This document shows, in pieces, positions 40,017-51,198 of a stretch of 64,000 nucleotides of DNA. Position 1 is the stretch's first letter. Every line of letters starts with the position of its first letter. A program made the position numbers and the translations under genes. The stretch is from an uncultured Spirochaetota bacterium (GTDB lineage Bacteria; Spirochaetota; Brevinematia; Brevinematales; JAOACQ01), in contig CAWAOD010000006.1 of NCBI GenBank assembly GCA_963783575.1, positions 95,758 to 159,757 on the forward strand. Direction: 5' to 3'. The notes below the pieces were generated by a model that saw only the letters and a program-made list of their open reading frames with translations, searched no databases and was not told the DNA's origin.

Positions 40017-41522
40017 CTATCCACCGGTCCCGAACATCAGCGATAAGCCCGCGGTATAATTGATAAAATCATTTTGATTACCGTGAACCCTTGAAGTGTA
40101 TGTGTAGCCTGCCGTCAGCCCGATCTCCATAAATGATACAACGCGGAAAGCAATCAATAAAGTCGGTTCGACTACAAAAAAAGAACCGGAATCTTTTACT
40201 ATATTCTGGGCTTGATTTGTATTATTTCCATCCTGCATGGATTTAATTGCTTTATTATCGGTTATTCCGTATCCGCCTGCTCCAATCAGACAATTGATAT
40301 CAAACCTGATCCACTTTATTCTGTAGTAAACGTCAAGTATAAGCCCGCCATAACCCATTCCAAGCGAATAATCTTCCGTTGAGCTGTTCAAAAGGAATCC
40401 GCCGTAGCCGCCTCCTCCAATACCGAAGAAACGGTTTATCATCCATATTCCCCTTCCACCGACAAAAAGCATGTTGCCACGGAGATTATAATCCGAAAAG
40501 TTGATTTCATTAAAACCATATTTGATGAGTGGGCCACCCATACCGCCCATATAATTTTCTTTCTGCCCTTCATTATTTTCTTTACTGACGTTTTCCTCAG
40601 AAGATTTATTTTCAGATGGAGGTTTTTTTCCTTTATTATTCTTTATATAATTGTCCCTGTTTTTCTTCACATTATCAACATAGTTATCAAGGTATTCCTC
40701 ATCCGTACCGTTTTTATTTTCATCGACCGATGATGAATTAGTCTGGCCTGTTTGCTGGTCTATGGAATCCGGATTGCCTTTTGAAGCTGTATTTTCAGAA
40801 TTATTAGTAGGGTTATCATAATTTTTTATTATAATTGAGGGTTTTTTTCCGCCTATTATAGGAATATTATCAATGTTAATATTCATTTTATTTAAGAAAT
40901 AATTGACTGTTGAGTTGACAAAATCCGTGATATCAGTTGAAAGTCCAGCAATTTTCTGATTAAAAGGTTTATCCTGTTTTGTATTTTCACCGGGTTTGGA
41001 TTTATTGTTTTCATTAACACCGGATGTTCCGGCATCATTGCCCATCATCCTTGATATTATTTCCCTGCAGGCATCGGATATTCCCGATTGAGAAGGGGAT
41101 TCCGAGGTGTCGCCGAATTCCATTACACCGGTTTCAACATCAATCACCCTGGCATTGATATAGTAATAATCTTCCATTTTAGAAATTGTACCCAGGAGTA
41201 TTTTTTGTGCCGAAAGGAGTTTTCCGACCTTTGCCGCGTATTCGCTTCCTGTCAATCCTGCCAGCTCGAGCTTTTGTTCATCCAGTATCGTTGTCATATC
41301 TTTTCTTTCTACTATCTTATATTTTTGAGTTTTAAAAAGCTCGATCCTTATCCTTTCTGTTACAAAATCAGCCAGATCGGTTGAAACACCGCTTTTCGGT
41401 TCGAAGTCCAGGACAGCTATAACGGGTATGTTTACTTTATCGGCTGATTGAGAAAATGTATATCCATTTATTAAAATTATGCCGGAAATTAATATCGCTG
41501 TATATTGAATCCTCCCCATCAA
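40017..41522 (-). CDS. Secreted protein with CsgG/FlgO-like N-terminal domain and beta-barrel-like C-terminus
   Basis: IAVLDF...IVERKDM-x2-ILDEQ...VGKLL; Gly/aromatic-rich beta strands at the C-terminus. Confidence 0.7.
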   Translation of the reverse strand: MMGRIQYTAILISGIILINGYTFSQSADKVNIPVIAVLDFEPKSGVSTDLADFVTERIRIELFKTQKYKIVERKDMTTILDEQKLELAGLTGSEYAAKVGKLLSAQKILLGTISKMEDYYYINARVIDVETGVMEFGDTSESPSQSGISDACREIISRMMGNDAGTSGVNENNKSKPGENTKQDKPFNQKIAGLSTDITDFVNSTVNYFLNKMNINIDNIPIIGGKKPSIIIKNYDNPTNNSENTASKGNPDSIDQQTGQTNSSSVDENKNGTDEEYLDNYVDNVKKNRDNYIKNNKGKKPPSENKSSEENVSKENNEGQKENYMGGMGGPLIKYGFNEINFSDYNLRGNMLFVGGRGIWMINRFFGIGGGGYGGFLLNSSTEDYSLGMGYGGLILDVYYRIKWIRFDINCLIGAGGYGITDNKAIKSMQDGNNTNQAQNIVKDSGSFFVVEPTLLIAFRVVSFMEIGLTAGYTYTSRVHGNQNDFINYTAGLSLMFGTGG

Positions 41523-41563
41523 TGTCCTCCAATATTAATATTTTAATGACAATATATTTAATA

Positions 41564-41579
41564 TGCAAAACTTATGCCA
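41564..41579 (-). promoter_or_regulatory. Sigma54 (-24/-12) promoter
   Basis: TGGCATAAGTTTTGCA (GG-N10-GC) about 40 nt upstream of the 41522 start. Confidence 0.7.
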
Positions 41580-41949
41580 TTAACAAACCTTACGTTTGAT
41601 CAATTCGCATTTTTTGAGTAGATATATAGATAATTCTATTATTAGAATTAAATAAAATGCAAAAAAAGTGTAAAGTTAAAAGTACTAAAAAGCTGTCCAA
41701 TGAATGTTTTGACAGAACCTTAACCGAGGAATTGAATGGGCTCTCAATTAAGTTTTTATCCGTAATGATATATCAATAATGATTTAAATCTTATAATTCA
41801 TTTTTCTTTATACTTCGGCTTTTTTTGCAAATTATTCTTATTTTATTTAGAATTAATCGAATTGATTGAAAATTTTCCAAAAATCACATTATTTTTTTCG
41901 AAAATATTTACCGGTTTAGGACAAAAGTTTCTACCCCTGGGAGGATTCT

Positions 41950-44031
41950 TTGATTATTAATTCTGGAATTACTAAAGTTAGGTATTTCTTTGTTTTTGTT
42001 TTAACCGCTTTAATTATTTCATTGGGGCAATGCTTATACGCAGCTAATAATTCTTCATTTATTAAATTAAATGAGGGATGGGAATACAGCCGGGGAGATT
42101 TCCCCGGATCAGCAGAAATTAACAATACCGCTGTTCAATGGGCATCTCTGGAAGTACCTTTTAATCCTAAGCCGGGAAACGTGAATCAAATTGTTTGGTT
42201 TAAAATAATCCTGCCCTCTCCTAGGGATTGGGATCAATCCTGGGAGACACCGAGCCTGTTTATTAAAAATGCCGCTGAAAAATTTGAAGTTTACACGGAT
42301 GAAGGCCTGGTTTTTAATAATCAGTCTGATAGTCCTTTTTTGAAATGGTATCTTATTCCCATCTCAAGCGCTAACGCAGGAAGAACGCTCTATATCCGGA
42401 CAAGTTATGAGAATCAAAACGGCTTCGGGTTTATAACCGGTATTGAGCTTGGAGCCAGCACTGATTTTATCAAGAGAATGATCCGTGAAGATATTGATTA
42501 TATAGTTCTGGGAACATTTTTTTTCCTTATAGGAATTTCCATTTGTTTCTTATTTATTTTTATGAGAAGATCCGAACAACTGGCAATGTTATCCCTGGCT
42601 TTTTTCGCGATCTGCGGGGGATTATTCACTTTTACCCAGGCGGAAATCAAACAATTGTTCATATCAGTACCTGAAATATGGTTTTACATTAATACAGTAT
42701 CTTTATTTCTTTACCCTGTGGGTATTGCCGTTTTTGTTGAATTTGTTTTTGGCGGCAGGCTCCGTTTTATATTAAGGTTTTTATGGGTTGTTAACATTAT
42801 TTATTCAATTTTTGCAATTGACTCGATTATTAAGAATCCTTCCGGTTTGAATATCAGCATATATATCCCTTTCTGCATACTGGTGCTTGTGCAATTTACG
42901 CTTAATATTATGATGGTCGCGCGTGATGCGATAAAAGGAAACCGTGAGGCTTTGATATTCAGCAGCGGTATGGGAATTTTTGCATTATTCCTCTTGCTTG
43001 ACTTAATACGTTTTTATCTTTCCGGCAATTTGATGTTTTCAACTTTGAGAATGACGGAAATTCATTTTACTTTTCAATACGGTATGTTTTTCTTCCTGCT
43101 GTCGCTGGCGCTTATACTCACGCTCCGTTTTGTCGAGACTCACAATAGTCTTGAAGCTTATTCAAAAGATCTTGAGGACAAAATAAACGAAAGGACTCTG
43201 GAACTTTCCCAAGAAAGAAATAAGCTGAAAATCAGAAACGAAATTATGGAAAATGAACTTTCGATGGCAAGAGAGATACAGCTTGCCATGATTCCATCAC
43301 AGAGTCCAAATCCGAATATTTCATTTTTCTATAAATCAATGGACCAGGTTGGAGGGGATTTTTACGATTTCATTGACTTCGGCGATAACATAAGAACCGG
43401 TATATTTCTGAGTGATGTATCGGGACATGGAGTACCTGCGGCTTTTATAACTTCCATGATAAAAAGTTTTATTTTAAAATCAATGGAAATGAGAAATGAT
43501 CCGGCATGGCTCCTCACATACCTTAATGATGCGCTGGTTAAACAGACAGGGGGTAATTTTATAACCGCGTTTTACGGGATTTATAATAATAAAACAAAGG
43601 AATTTACATATTCCAACGCAGGGCACAATCCGCCATACCTTATTAGGAATGCTAACGGCACTTCTTCCGGGATGGAACTTCTTGGTTCCAGTAATAAAGG
43701 GATTCCTCTGGCAGTTTTAAGCAGCGCAGATCTTCAAACTCTGAATAAGAAATACTCAAATTCAACGGCGTCTTTATCTGAATACGGTAAACTATTTTTA
43801 TATACCGACGGTCTTGTTGAGGCTGTAAATATTAAAGATAAGGAACTTGATGAAAACACATCCGACTTTGAAAGCGCCTGCCTTGAACAGGCTGTATCGG
43901 ATTACCGGGGGCTTCCGGCAAAGGACTTTGTTGACAGGATCGTTGAAAGGCTTATAGAATTCAGGGGGAGTGATAAATTTGAGGATGATGTCTGTATGAT
44001 CTGCCTTGATTTATTGACCGCGGAGGCATAG
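41950..44031 (+). CDS. 7TM-DISM-like sensor with PP2C/SpoIIE (RsbU-like) phosphatase
   Basis: VGGDFYD, DVSGHGVPAA, NAGH, LYTDG, DDVC; multiple TM helices. Confidence 0.88.
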   Translation: MIINSGITKVRYFFVFVLTALIISLGQCLYAANNSSFIKLNEGWEYSRGDFPGSAEINNTAVQWASLEVPFNPKPGNVNQIVWFKIILPSPRDWDQSWETPSLFIKNAAEKFEVYTDEGLVFNNQSDSPFLKWYLIPISSANAGRTLYIRTSYENQNGFGFITGIELGASTDFIKRMIREDIDYIVLGTFFFLIGISICFLFIFMRRSEQLAMLSLAFFAICGGLFTFTQAEIKQLFISVPEIWFYINTVSLFLYPVGIAVFVEFVFGGRLRFILRFLWVVNIIYSIFAIDSIIKNPSGLNISIYIPFCILVLVQFTLNIMMVARDAIKGNREALIFSSGMGIFALFLLLDLIRFYLSGNLMFSTLRMTEIHFTFQYGMFFFLLSLALILTLRFVETHNSLEAYSKDLEDKINERTLELSQERNKLKIRNEIMENELSMAREIQLAMIPSQSPNPNISFFYKSMDQVGGDFYDFIDFGDNIRTGIFLSDVSGHGVPAAFITSMIKSFILKSMEMRNDPAWLLTYLNDALVKQTGGNFITAFYGIYNNKTKEFTYSNAGHNPPYLIRNANGTSSGMELLGSSNKGIPLAVLSSADLQTLNKKYSNSTASLSEYGKLFLYTDGLVEAVNIKDKELDENTSDFESACLEQAVSDYRGLPAKDFVDRIVERLIEFRGSDKFEDDVCMICLDLLTAEA

Positions 44032-44064
44032 AATTATTTAAATGTCCGAAAAGGGGAGGATTGT

Positions 44065-44547
44065 ATGAAAATTTATCTTATCCGCCATGGAGAGGCGATT
44101 GATAATAAAAATGATGATCTCAGGGTATTAACAGATTCTGGCAGGAAGCAATCCGGATCAGTCGCCTCTTTTTTAGCAAAATCAGGAAAGATTAAAATTT
44201 CAGCAATTTATCACAGTACAAAAAAAAGGGCTGGAGAAACCGCTCTGATTTTTGATAAATATTTAAAGCCTACCGGTGGTATTAAAGAGGTTTCGGGTTT
44301 AAAACCTGGAGATGATCCCGGTATATGGGTAAAAGAAATAAAGCGAATAAAAGAGAAAGAAAAACCGGACGGGATAATGCTGGTTGGGCATTTGCCCAAT
44401 ATTGAAAAGCTTGCGGAAAAATTGCTGAAAGCAGAGTTGGGGGATTTTATTAAATTTCCCTGCTCGGGAGTTGTCTGTCTTGAAAATACGGATGATGACG
44501 CCTGGAAATTGTTTTGGATGATAACGCCAGAAATTTTACCCAAATAG
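44065..44547 (+). CDS. sixA: Phosphohistidine phosphatase SixA
   Basis: YLIRHGEA, HS-x3-RA-x-ETA, LVGHLP. Confidence 0.85.
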   Translation: MKIYLIRHGEAIDNKNDDLRVLTDSGRKQSGSVASFLAKSGKIKISAIYHSTKKRAGETALIFDKYLKPTGGIKEVSGLKPGDDPGIWVKEIKRIKEKEKPDGIMLVGHLPNIEKLAEKLLKAELGDFIKFPCSGVVCLENTDDDAWKLFWMITPEILPK

Positions 44548-44580
44548 CTGATCTATGATAAAATATTACCGTGGGAGGAC

Positions 44581-47500
44581 TTGATGTTTTTGAATAAAAT
44601 AAAGCTTGGTCCAAAATTTATAGGCGGATTTTTAATTGTAGCTTTAATTTCGGGTATAATCGGATATATCAGTATAATCAATTTCAGCAGGTTTGATGCA
44701 AACGATGAGCTATTATATGAAAAGCTCACGAAACCCATGTCCGATCTTTTATATATGAGTGAATCTTTCCAGCTTGCAAGGGTTAATATGCACAAAATAC
44801 TTCTCGGTAAAACCGATCTGGAAATACAGAAATACAGCGGCAATATCAATGATATTTTAAAATTGTCCGATAAGCACGAAGAAGCCTTTGAAAAACAGAT
44901 TTTTACCGAAAAAAGCCGCCAGTATTTTAACAGCTATCTTTTTACAAAGAAAAAATATCTTGAGCAACTCAATCTTATCGTCTTTCTTGTAAAACAAAAT
45001 AAAACTGCGCAAGCAAATCTTATTGCCGATGGTACCGGATTGGCCGCGGCCGAAGCCCATCAGGCTTCAATTGAAAACATGGTGGAATATAAAATCAAAC
45101 AGGCAGATGAGATTACCGCAAATAATGATATTATACTCAGAAATTCTACGATTTTGATGCTAATTATAACCGCTTTCGGTTTTATTCTTGCATTATTTAT
45201 TGGAGTGCTTCTGACATTATCAATAACTCGTCCCCTGGACATGGCCGCAAAAATTGCCGATCAAATAGCTGAAGGAGATCTTAATATAGTTAATCCGGAA
45301 TTTAAGCGGGATGATGAGGTCGGGGCACTTATGAAATCATTCAACGAAATGACTATAAGCCTGAAAAGGCTTGTATTTCAGGCAGACGCAATCGCCGATG
45401 GAAATTATAATGTTGAAATAATCCCAGTAAGCGATAAAGATATTCTTGGTAATTCAATGAAAATCATGGCCCAAAACCTTCACAGGAATGAACTTGAAGA
45501 TGAAGAGCAGAACTGGCTCAAAGACGGTCTGAATAAACTTGTGATGTCATTAACTGAAGATTTCACTCCCGGCGGGATTTGCGATCATGCGGTTAGCTTC
45601 ATCTGCAGGTATATTCAGGCAGGAATGGGAGTTCTATATATTTATGAGGCTGAAAATGAGAATTTAAAACTCATGGGGACATATGCTTTTACAAAAAGAA
45701 CGGAATTATCAAATATTTACAAAATCGGTGAAGGTGTTATCGGCCAGGCGGCACTTGAGAAAAAACCGATACTCCTGAAAAATATCGAACAAAAAGGCCT
45801 TAAAATCATTACCGGTACAACTTCCGAACCATCTTTGAACACTTATACATATCCTCTGATTTTCGAGGATGAACTGATCGGAGTGATAGAATTGGCTTCA
45901 TTTATACCGTTTAACAAAATTGTGCAGGAATTTCTGTTTGAAGCGGATAAAATCATATCCAGCGACCTTCATTCGGTTATACAGAATACCAGGATAAAAG
46001 AATTACTTAAAGTAGCAGAGGAATCTGCCGAAGAAGCTAAAAGAAAAACCTCTGAAGTCCAGAAAGCCAACTCATTGCTTGAGGAACGGCAGCAGCAGCT
46101 TCAGCAGCAGAGTGAAGAACTTCAGCAGACCAACGCGCTTCTTGAAGAACAGCAGCAGCAGCTTCAGCAGCAGAGTGAAGAACTTCAGCAGACCAATGCG
46201 CTTCTTGAAGAGCAGCAGCAGCAGCTTCAGATGCAGACCGATGAACTTCTGAAAAATAATGAAAGTCTGGTCCTTGCTAAAAAAGAATTGGAGATGGTAA
46301 ATCAGTATAAAACTCAATTTCTTGCCAATATGTCACATGAGCTCAGGACACCGCTTAATTCAATAATTCTGCTTTCGAAAATAATGAGCAGAAACGAAGG
46401 TAAAAATTTTACCGATAGGGACATTCAGAAACTCGATGTGATCTATCAGTCAGGCAATGAACTCCTGCGGCTGATAAATGATGTTCTTGACCTTTCAAAA
46501 ATAGAAGCCGGTAAAATGCCGGTTCATTTTACAAGCTTCCCTGTTCAGGATTTAACAGATGAATTTCATGGTATGTTTGATTCAATAGCCAGAGAAAAGG
46601 GATTGAAATTTATTATAGAGAATGAGATTTCCGAAAAGTTAATTTCTGACAGGGATAAACTCTCGCAAATAATAAGAAATTTATTGTCAAATGCCTTCAA
46701 ATTTACAAAAAAGGGAAAGGTTGAACTTAAATTTTATGAAACCGGAGGACAGGAATATCCTGTAAAAATATCTGTTTCTGATACCGGTGCGGGTATACCG
46801 GAAGATAAACATGAGAAAATTTTTGAGGCTTTTCATCAAATTGACGGCACAGTATCCAGACAATTCGGGGGATCTGGCCTTGGCCTATCAATAGCGAAAG
46901 ATATGGCGGCGTTGATCGGCGGTATTATTTCGGTGGAAAGCGAGGAAGGTAAGGGCAGTATATTTACCCTGTCTTTGAAAAAGGATATGGAAAATTTCAG
47001 GCAAATGAGTATTTCTATAAAAGAAGTATTGCCGGTAAAACCGGGAAATGGTTCTATAAAAGATGATAGGGATAATATCGGTGAAACCGATGAAGTAATT
47101 CTAATCATTGATGACGATGAAATATTTGCTGAAAATGCGGCTGAAGTTGTTTGGAGAATGGGTAAAAAAGCTCTGATTGCCCTAAACGGTAAGGATGGAT
47201 TATCATTAATCAGGAAATACAGGCCCAAAGGGGTATTTCTTGACCTTACACTGCCGGATATTGATGGTTTTGAGATCTTACGCGAGGTTAAGAGTACCCG
47301 TGAATTAAAGAATATCCCTATTCAGATTATTTCAGGCAGGCAAATTGAGGATAAATATGAAAAAAATGGGGCCGTGGGGTATCTTCAAAAACCGGTCGAA
47401 CCTGAATTACTGGAAAAATCTATTGTTCAGCTTCTTCAGCTCTCAAATACCGGATTAAAGAATATCTTACTTGTTGAAGACCATAAGGAACAACGGGAAG

Positions 47501-48255
47501 CGATAAAAGAACTGCTTTCGGGTCTGTATGGAAAGATTTTTGAAGCAAGTTCTGAGGATGAAGCTATCTTATTAATCCGGAATAATAATATACATCTGAC
47601 AATAATTGATCTGGGACTTGAAAAAGGCGACGGATTTGAAATCTGTAAATATATAAAAGAAAAAGGAATTGCCGTTCCCGTCATTATATATACCGGTAAG
47701 GATTTAACGGAACAACAGGGGAAAAACCTGAAAAAATATGCCGAAAGTATCATTATCAAAACCGTTAATTCAGATGAAAGGCTCTTAAAAGAAAGCCGGT
47801 ATTTTCTGGACAGAAGCTTGCCGGAAGGAAAAACTCGGCTACAGCCGTTTTCAGGGGATATTCAATCTTTAAACCTTAACAAAAAGTCTATAATGATTGT
47901 GGATGACGATATAAAAAATGTGTTTGTTCTGACAAGCGCTCTGGAAAATCTTGGGGCAAGCATATACGATGCCCAGAACGGCAGGGAGGCTCTGGAATTG
48001 CTCAACCATATTAAAGCAGACCTTGTTCTGATGGATATAATGATGCCAGTGATGGACGGATACCAGGCCATTAAAGAAATCCGAAAAGACTTGAGGTACA
48101 AAGATCTTCCGATAATAGCTTTAACGGCAAAAGCTCTGAAAGACGATAAAGAAAAGTGCCTTGAAGCGGGGGCAAACGATTATATCACAAAACCGATCGA
48201 TTATGACGCCCTTCTGCATTTAATACAGGCCTGGATTGTTAAAAATAAGGGGTGA
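44581..48255 (+). CDS. Hybrid histidine kinase (4HB sensor, HAMP, GAF, Q/E coiled coil, HisKA, HATPase, three REC)
   Basis: FLANMSHELRTPLN, NLLSNAFKFT, GGSGLGL; three receiver domains. Confidence 0.92.
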   Translation: MMFLNKIKLGPKFIGGFLIVALISGIIGYISIINFSRFDANDELLYEKLTKPMSDLLYMSESFQLARVNMHKILLGKTDLEIQKYSGNINDILKLSDKHEEAFEKQIFTEKSRQYFNSYLFTKKKYLEQLNLIVFLVKQNKTAQANLIADGTGLAAAEAHQASIENMVEYKIKQADEITANNDIILRNSTILMLIITAFGFILALFIGVLLTLSITRPLDMAAKIADQIAEGDLNIVNPEFKRDDEVGALMKSFNEMTISLKRLVFQADAIADGNYNVEIIPVSDKDILGNSMKIMAQNLHRNELEDEEQNWLKDGLNKLVMSLTEDFTPGGICDHAVSFICRYIQAGMGVLYIYEAENENLKLMGTYAFTKRTELSNIYKIGEGVIGQAALEKKPILLKNIEQKGLKIITGTTSEPSLNTYTYPLIFEDELIGVIELASFIPFNKIVQEFLFEADKIISSDLHSVIQNTRIKELLKVAEESAEEAKRKTSEVQKANSLLEERQQQLQQQSEELQQTNALLEEQQQQLQQQSEELQQTNALLEEQQQQLQMQTDELLKNNESLVLAKKELEMVNQYKTQFLANMSHELRTPLNSIILLSKIMSRNEGKNFTDRDIQKLDVIYQSGNELLRLINDVLDLSKIEAGKMPVHFTSFPVQDLTDEFHGMFDSIAREKGLKFIIENEISEKLISDRDKLSQIIRNLLSNAFKFTKKGKVELKFYETGGQEYPVKISVSDTGAGIPEDKHEKIFEAFHQIDGTVSRQFGGSGLGLSIAKDMAALIGGIISVESEEGKGSIFTLSLKKDMENFRQMSISIKEVLPVKPGNGSIKDDRDNIGETDEVILIIDDDEIFAENAAEVVWRMGKKALIALNGKDGLSLIRKYRPKGVFLDLTLPDIDGFEILREVKSTRELKNIPIQIISGRQIEDKYEKNGAVGYLQKPVEPELLEKSIVQLLQLSNTGLKNILLVEDHKEQREAIKELLSGLYGKIFEASSEDEAILLIRNNNIHLTIIDLGLEKGDGFEICKYIKEKGIAVPVIIYTGKDLTEQQGKNLKKYAESIIIKTVNSDERLLKESRYFLDRSLPEGKTRLQPFSGDIQSLNLNKKSIMIVDDDIKNVFVLTSALENLGASIYDAQNGREALELLNHIKADLVLMDIMMPVMDGYQAIKEIRKDLRYKDLPIIALTAKALKDDKEKCLEAGANDYITKPIDYDALLHLIQAWIVKNKG
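46078..46249 (+). repeat. In-frame 63-bp tandem repeat (~2.7 copies) encoding LEEQQQQLQQQSEELQQTNAL
   Basis: Units start at 46078, 46141 and 46204. Confidence 0.9.
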
Positions 48256-50027
48256 TTGTGAAAATTCAAACCGAACTGATACATCATATATGGCACATTT
48301 CCGTAACCGGAGTGTTTGAGTCCGATGAGGATATTGAAGAACTTTTGCAGGGCCTTGATTCAATCGATGTTAATACCGGGAAAGAAACTAATGTAAATTC
48401 GGTAGCGAATGTAAATTCGGTACATATAACTTTCTTTGACACAAGGGTTCTGCCTTTGAAAATTTTTGAAAAGCTGGCTCTTATGATGAATGATAGGGCC
48501 TTGAAGAAGAATAAAGCTAACTCGAAGATCAATGAATCAAACAGCCTGTTTGTTAAAATTTATGTCCTCCAGAGGTTTCTTTCATCATATCTTTTAAAAT
48601 TGGGTGTCAGGAACACCTTTGTCCCATCTAAAACACTTAGAGAGCAAAACACATTTTTTATAAAGGCTATTGCTATAGGCGGTTCTGCCGAGAGCCTTGA
48701 AAAAATATTTACCATTGTTGAAAATCTTCCTTCCGCTAATATTTCAGTGTTTATTGTCCAGCACATTAAAGATGATGTCCCAAATCTTCTTGGGCCGCTT
48801 TTAAAAAAACGGACATCTTATAATGTTTTGACTCCCAATAAAATAATCCGGATAGAGGAAAATACGATTTATGTCGCTCCTTCCGGATGTCATATGAAAG
48901 TATCCGACGGCTTCATCTATCTTACAAAGGAGCCTCCAGTCAATTATGCCAGGCCTTCAATTGAAATATTATTTGAGTCATTATCGCATGAATACAGGGA
49001 TGGACTACTTGCTATAATACTTTCCGGGTACGGGAAGGACGGGTGTAAAAGCCTCGGATTATTAAAAAAAAACCGGTCGAAGATTATTGTTGAAGATCCT
49101 GATGAATGTATTGCAAAGGACCTGCCGAAAAACTGCATTGATACGGGTAATTTCGATCATAAATTTAAAATGAATCAAATTGTGGATTTCATATCCGGCC
49201 AGTTAAACCGTTACAAAATCAGCGATAGTGATCTTGAAAGGTTTCTAAAGAATCTTTATTCCATTTATGGGTATGATTTTAGGGATTATCAGAAGGAAAG
49301 CATAAAACGAAGGATAAATTTGGTGATGATCGATGAAAAATTTGAAAATTTCATCTCGTTTCAGATGGAAATTCTTAATAATCAGGAATTGTTTAAAGAC
49401 CTGTTTCTCGGATTTTCCATTAATGTTACTGAATTTTTCAGAAATCCTGAGGTTTTTCGCGGCATTAAAGAAAATGTTTTTCCAAATCTCAAATCTTACC
49501 CTTATGTCAAGATATGGTGTGCAGGCTGTTCTACCGGTGAGGAGATTTATTCTCTTGCGATCCTTCTTGAGGAAGCCGGGCTGTTAAATAAAACACAGAT
49601 TTATGCTACCGATTTCAATCCATATGTTCTGGAAGAAGCAAAAAACGGACTTTATCCGGCCGGGATATTTAATCGGCTTCAAAATAAATATTTTATTGCC
49701 GGAGGTGTAAAAAAGTTTGAAAATTACTTTGAAAACCGCAAACAATATGTTAAAATAAATGATAGTCTGAAGAGGAACATTCTTTTTTTTCAGCATAGTC
49801 TGGTGGGAAGCGGAGTATTAAATGAATTCCAGCTTATTCTATGCAGGAATGTTTTAATATATTTTAATCAAAGTCTTCAGGAAAGAGTATTCAAATTATT
49901 TTCAGACTCGCTTGATATCAGCGGTTTTCTTATTCTCGGCGATAAAGAGGATATAAATATAGGGAGCGGGAACCGTTATTTTTCAATTTGCTGCAGGGAT
50001 ACAAAAATTTATAGAAAAATAAATTGA
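48252..50027 (+). CDS. CheB methylesterase-CheR methyltransferase fusion
   Basis: IGGSA, VQH, RPSI, SGYGKDG (CheB); GYDFRDY, INVTEFFR, IWCAGCSTGEE, ILCRNVLIYF (CheR). Confidence 0.9.
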   Translation: MIVKIQTELIHHIWHISVTGVFESDEDIEELLQGLDSIDVNTGKETNVNSVANVNSVHITFFDTRVLPLKIFEKLALMMNDRALKKNKANSKINESNSLFVKIYVLQRFLSSYLLKLGVRNTFVPSKTLREQNTFFIKAIAIGGSAESLEKIFTIVENLPSANISVFIVQHIKDDVPNLLGPLLKKRTSYNVLTPNKIIRIEENTIYVAPSGCHMKVSDGFIYLTKEPPVNYARPSIEILFESLSHEYRDGLLAIILSGYGKDGCKSLGLLKKNRSKIIVEDPDECIAKDLPKNCIDTGNFDHKFKMNQIVDFISGQLNRYKISDSDLERFLKNLYSIYGYDFRDYQKESIKRRINLVMIDEKFENFISFQMEILNNQELFKDLFLGFSINVTEFFRNPEVFRGIKENVFPNLKSYPYVKIWCAGCSTGEEIYSLAILLEEAGLLNKTQIYATDFNPYVLEEAKNGLYPAGIFNRLQNKYFIAGGVKKFENYFENRKQYVKINDSLKRNILFFQHSLVGSGVLNEFQLILCRNVLIYFNQSLQERVFKLFSDSLDISGFLILGDKEDINIGSGNRYFSICCRDTKIYRKIN

Positions 50028-50042
50028 TAGTGGTAAGGATTT

Positions 50043-51161
50043 TTGGGAGTTTTTATGAACAAAACGACCATCCTGATCGTTGATGATAATCAAAATAATT
50101 TATTTACCTTGAGGACACTTATTCAGGATCATACCGATGTGAATGTTGTTGAGGCATCTTCAGGAGAGGAAGCCCTGAAGAAAGTCTCGGTTTTTCCGGT
50201 TGACTTAATAATTCTGGATATTCAGCTTACGGGTATTGATGGTTTTGAAACCGCTTCCCTGATAAAACAGAGGAAAAAAACGGCTGATATACCTATTATT
50301 TTTTTAACCGCGGAATATATAACAGATGAGTTTGAAAAAAAAGGATTTAAGATCGGGGCTATCGATTATCTGACAAAGCCGATAGAAGAATATCAGCTTG
50401 TCAATAAAATCAATCTATACCTGAAATTGATTGAAAAGAATAACGAACTCAAGAGGAGCAATGAAGAATTGGAGAGGTTTGCGTATGTAATTTCGCATGA
50501 TCTTCAGGAACCTTTAAGAACAGTCACAAGTTTTGCCCAGCTTCTTGAAAAAAGAAATTCCGGGAATTTAGATGCCGATTCTACTGATTTTATCAGAAGG
50601 ATAGTGAGCGGTACAATCCGGATGAAGAATATGATCGATGATCTGCTGGAATATTCACGTGCCGGTAAGATAAATCATCCGCTTGAGAAAGTCGATAGCC
50701 GTAAAATCATTCAAAGGGCGATTGATAACCTAAAAAATTCCATAACAGAAAATGATGCGAAAATTACATATGAAGATCTTCCGGTTATATACGGCGATAT
50801 TTCACAATTGATCCGGCTGTTTCAAAATCTGATCGGCAATGCTATTAAATTTCATGGGAATATACCGCCGGAAATTAATATATCGGCAAAGAAGAGAGAT
50901 CATTCAACTAAAACCTGTGATGATATATCAGGAAAGGAATGGCAATTTTCCATCATGGATAATGGGATTGGGATTGAAAGCGAATTTTATGATGATATTT
51001 TTGAGATTTTTCATAGATTAAATTCTCAGCAGCAGTATACGGGGACTGGAATAGGGCTGGCTATTTGTAAGAGAATTGTGGAAAATCATGGGGGTAAAAT
51101 TTGGGTGGAATCAAAACCAGGTGAAGGATCGGTTTTTCATTTTACATTAATGTCAATTTAA
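50043..51161 (+). CDS. REC-HisKA-HATPase hybrid kinase
   Basis: ILIVDD; FAYVISHDLQEPLR; NAIKF; GTGIGL. Confidence 0.9.
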   Translation: MGVFMNKTTILIVDDNQNNLFTLRTLIQDHTDVNVVEASSGEEALKKVSVFPVDLIILDIQLTGIDGFETASLIKQRKKTADIPIIFLTAEYITDEFEKKGFKIGAIDYLTKPIEEYQLVNKINLYLKLIEKNNELKRSNEELERFAYVISHDLQEPLRTVTSFAQLLEKRNSGNLDADSTDFIRRIVSGTIRMKNMIDDLLEYSRAGKINHPLEKVDSRKIIQRAIDNLKNSITENDAKITYEDLPVIYGDISQLIRLFQNLIGNAIKFHGNIPPEINISAKKRDHSTKTCDDISGKEWQFSIMDNGIGIESEFYDDIFEIFHRLNSQQQYTGTGIGLAICKRIVENHGGKIWVESKPGEGSVFHFTLMSI

Positions 51162-51198
51162 TTGACCTGAGCCTGAAATACTTAGAGAGGATAATCCC

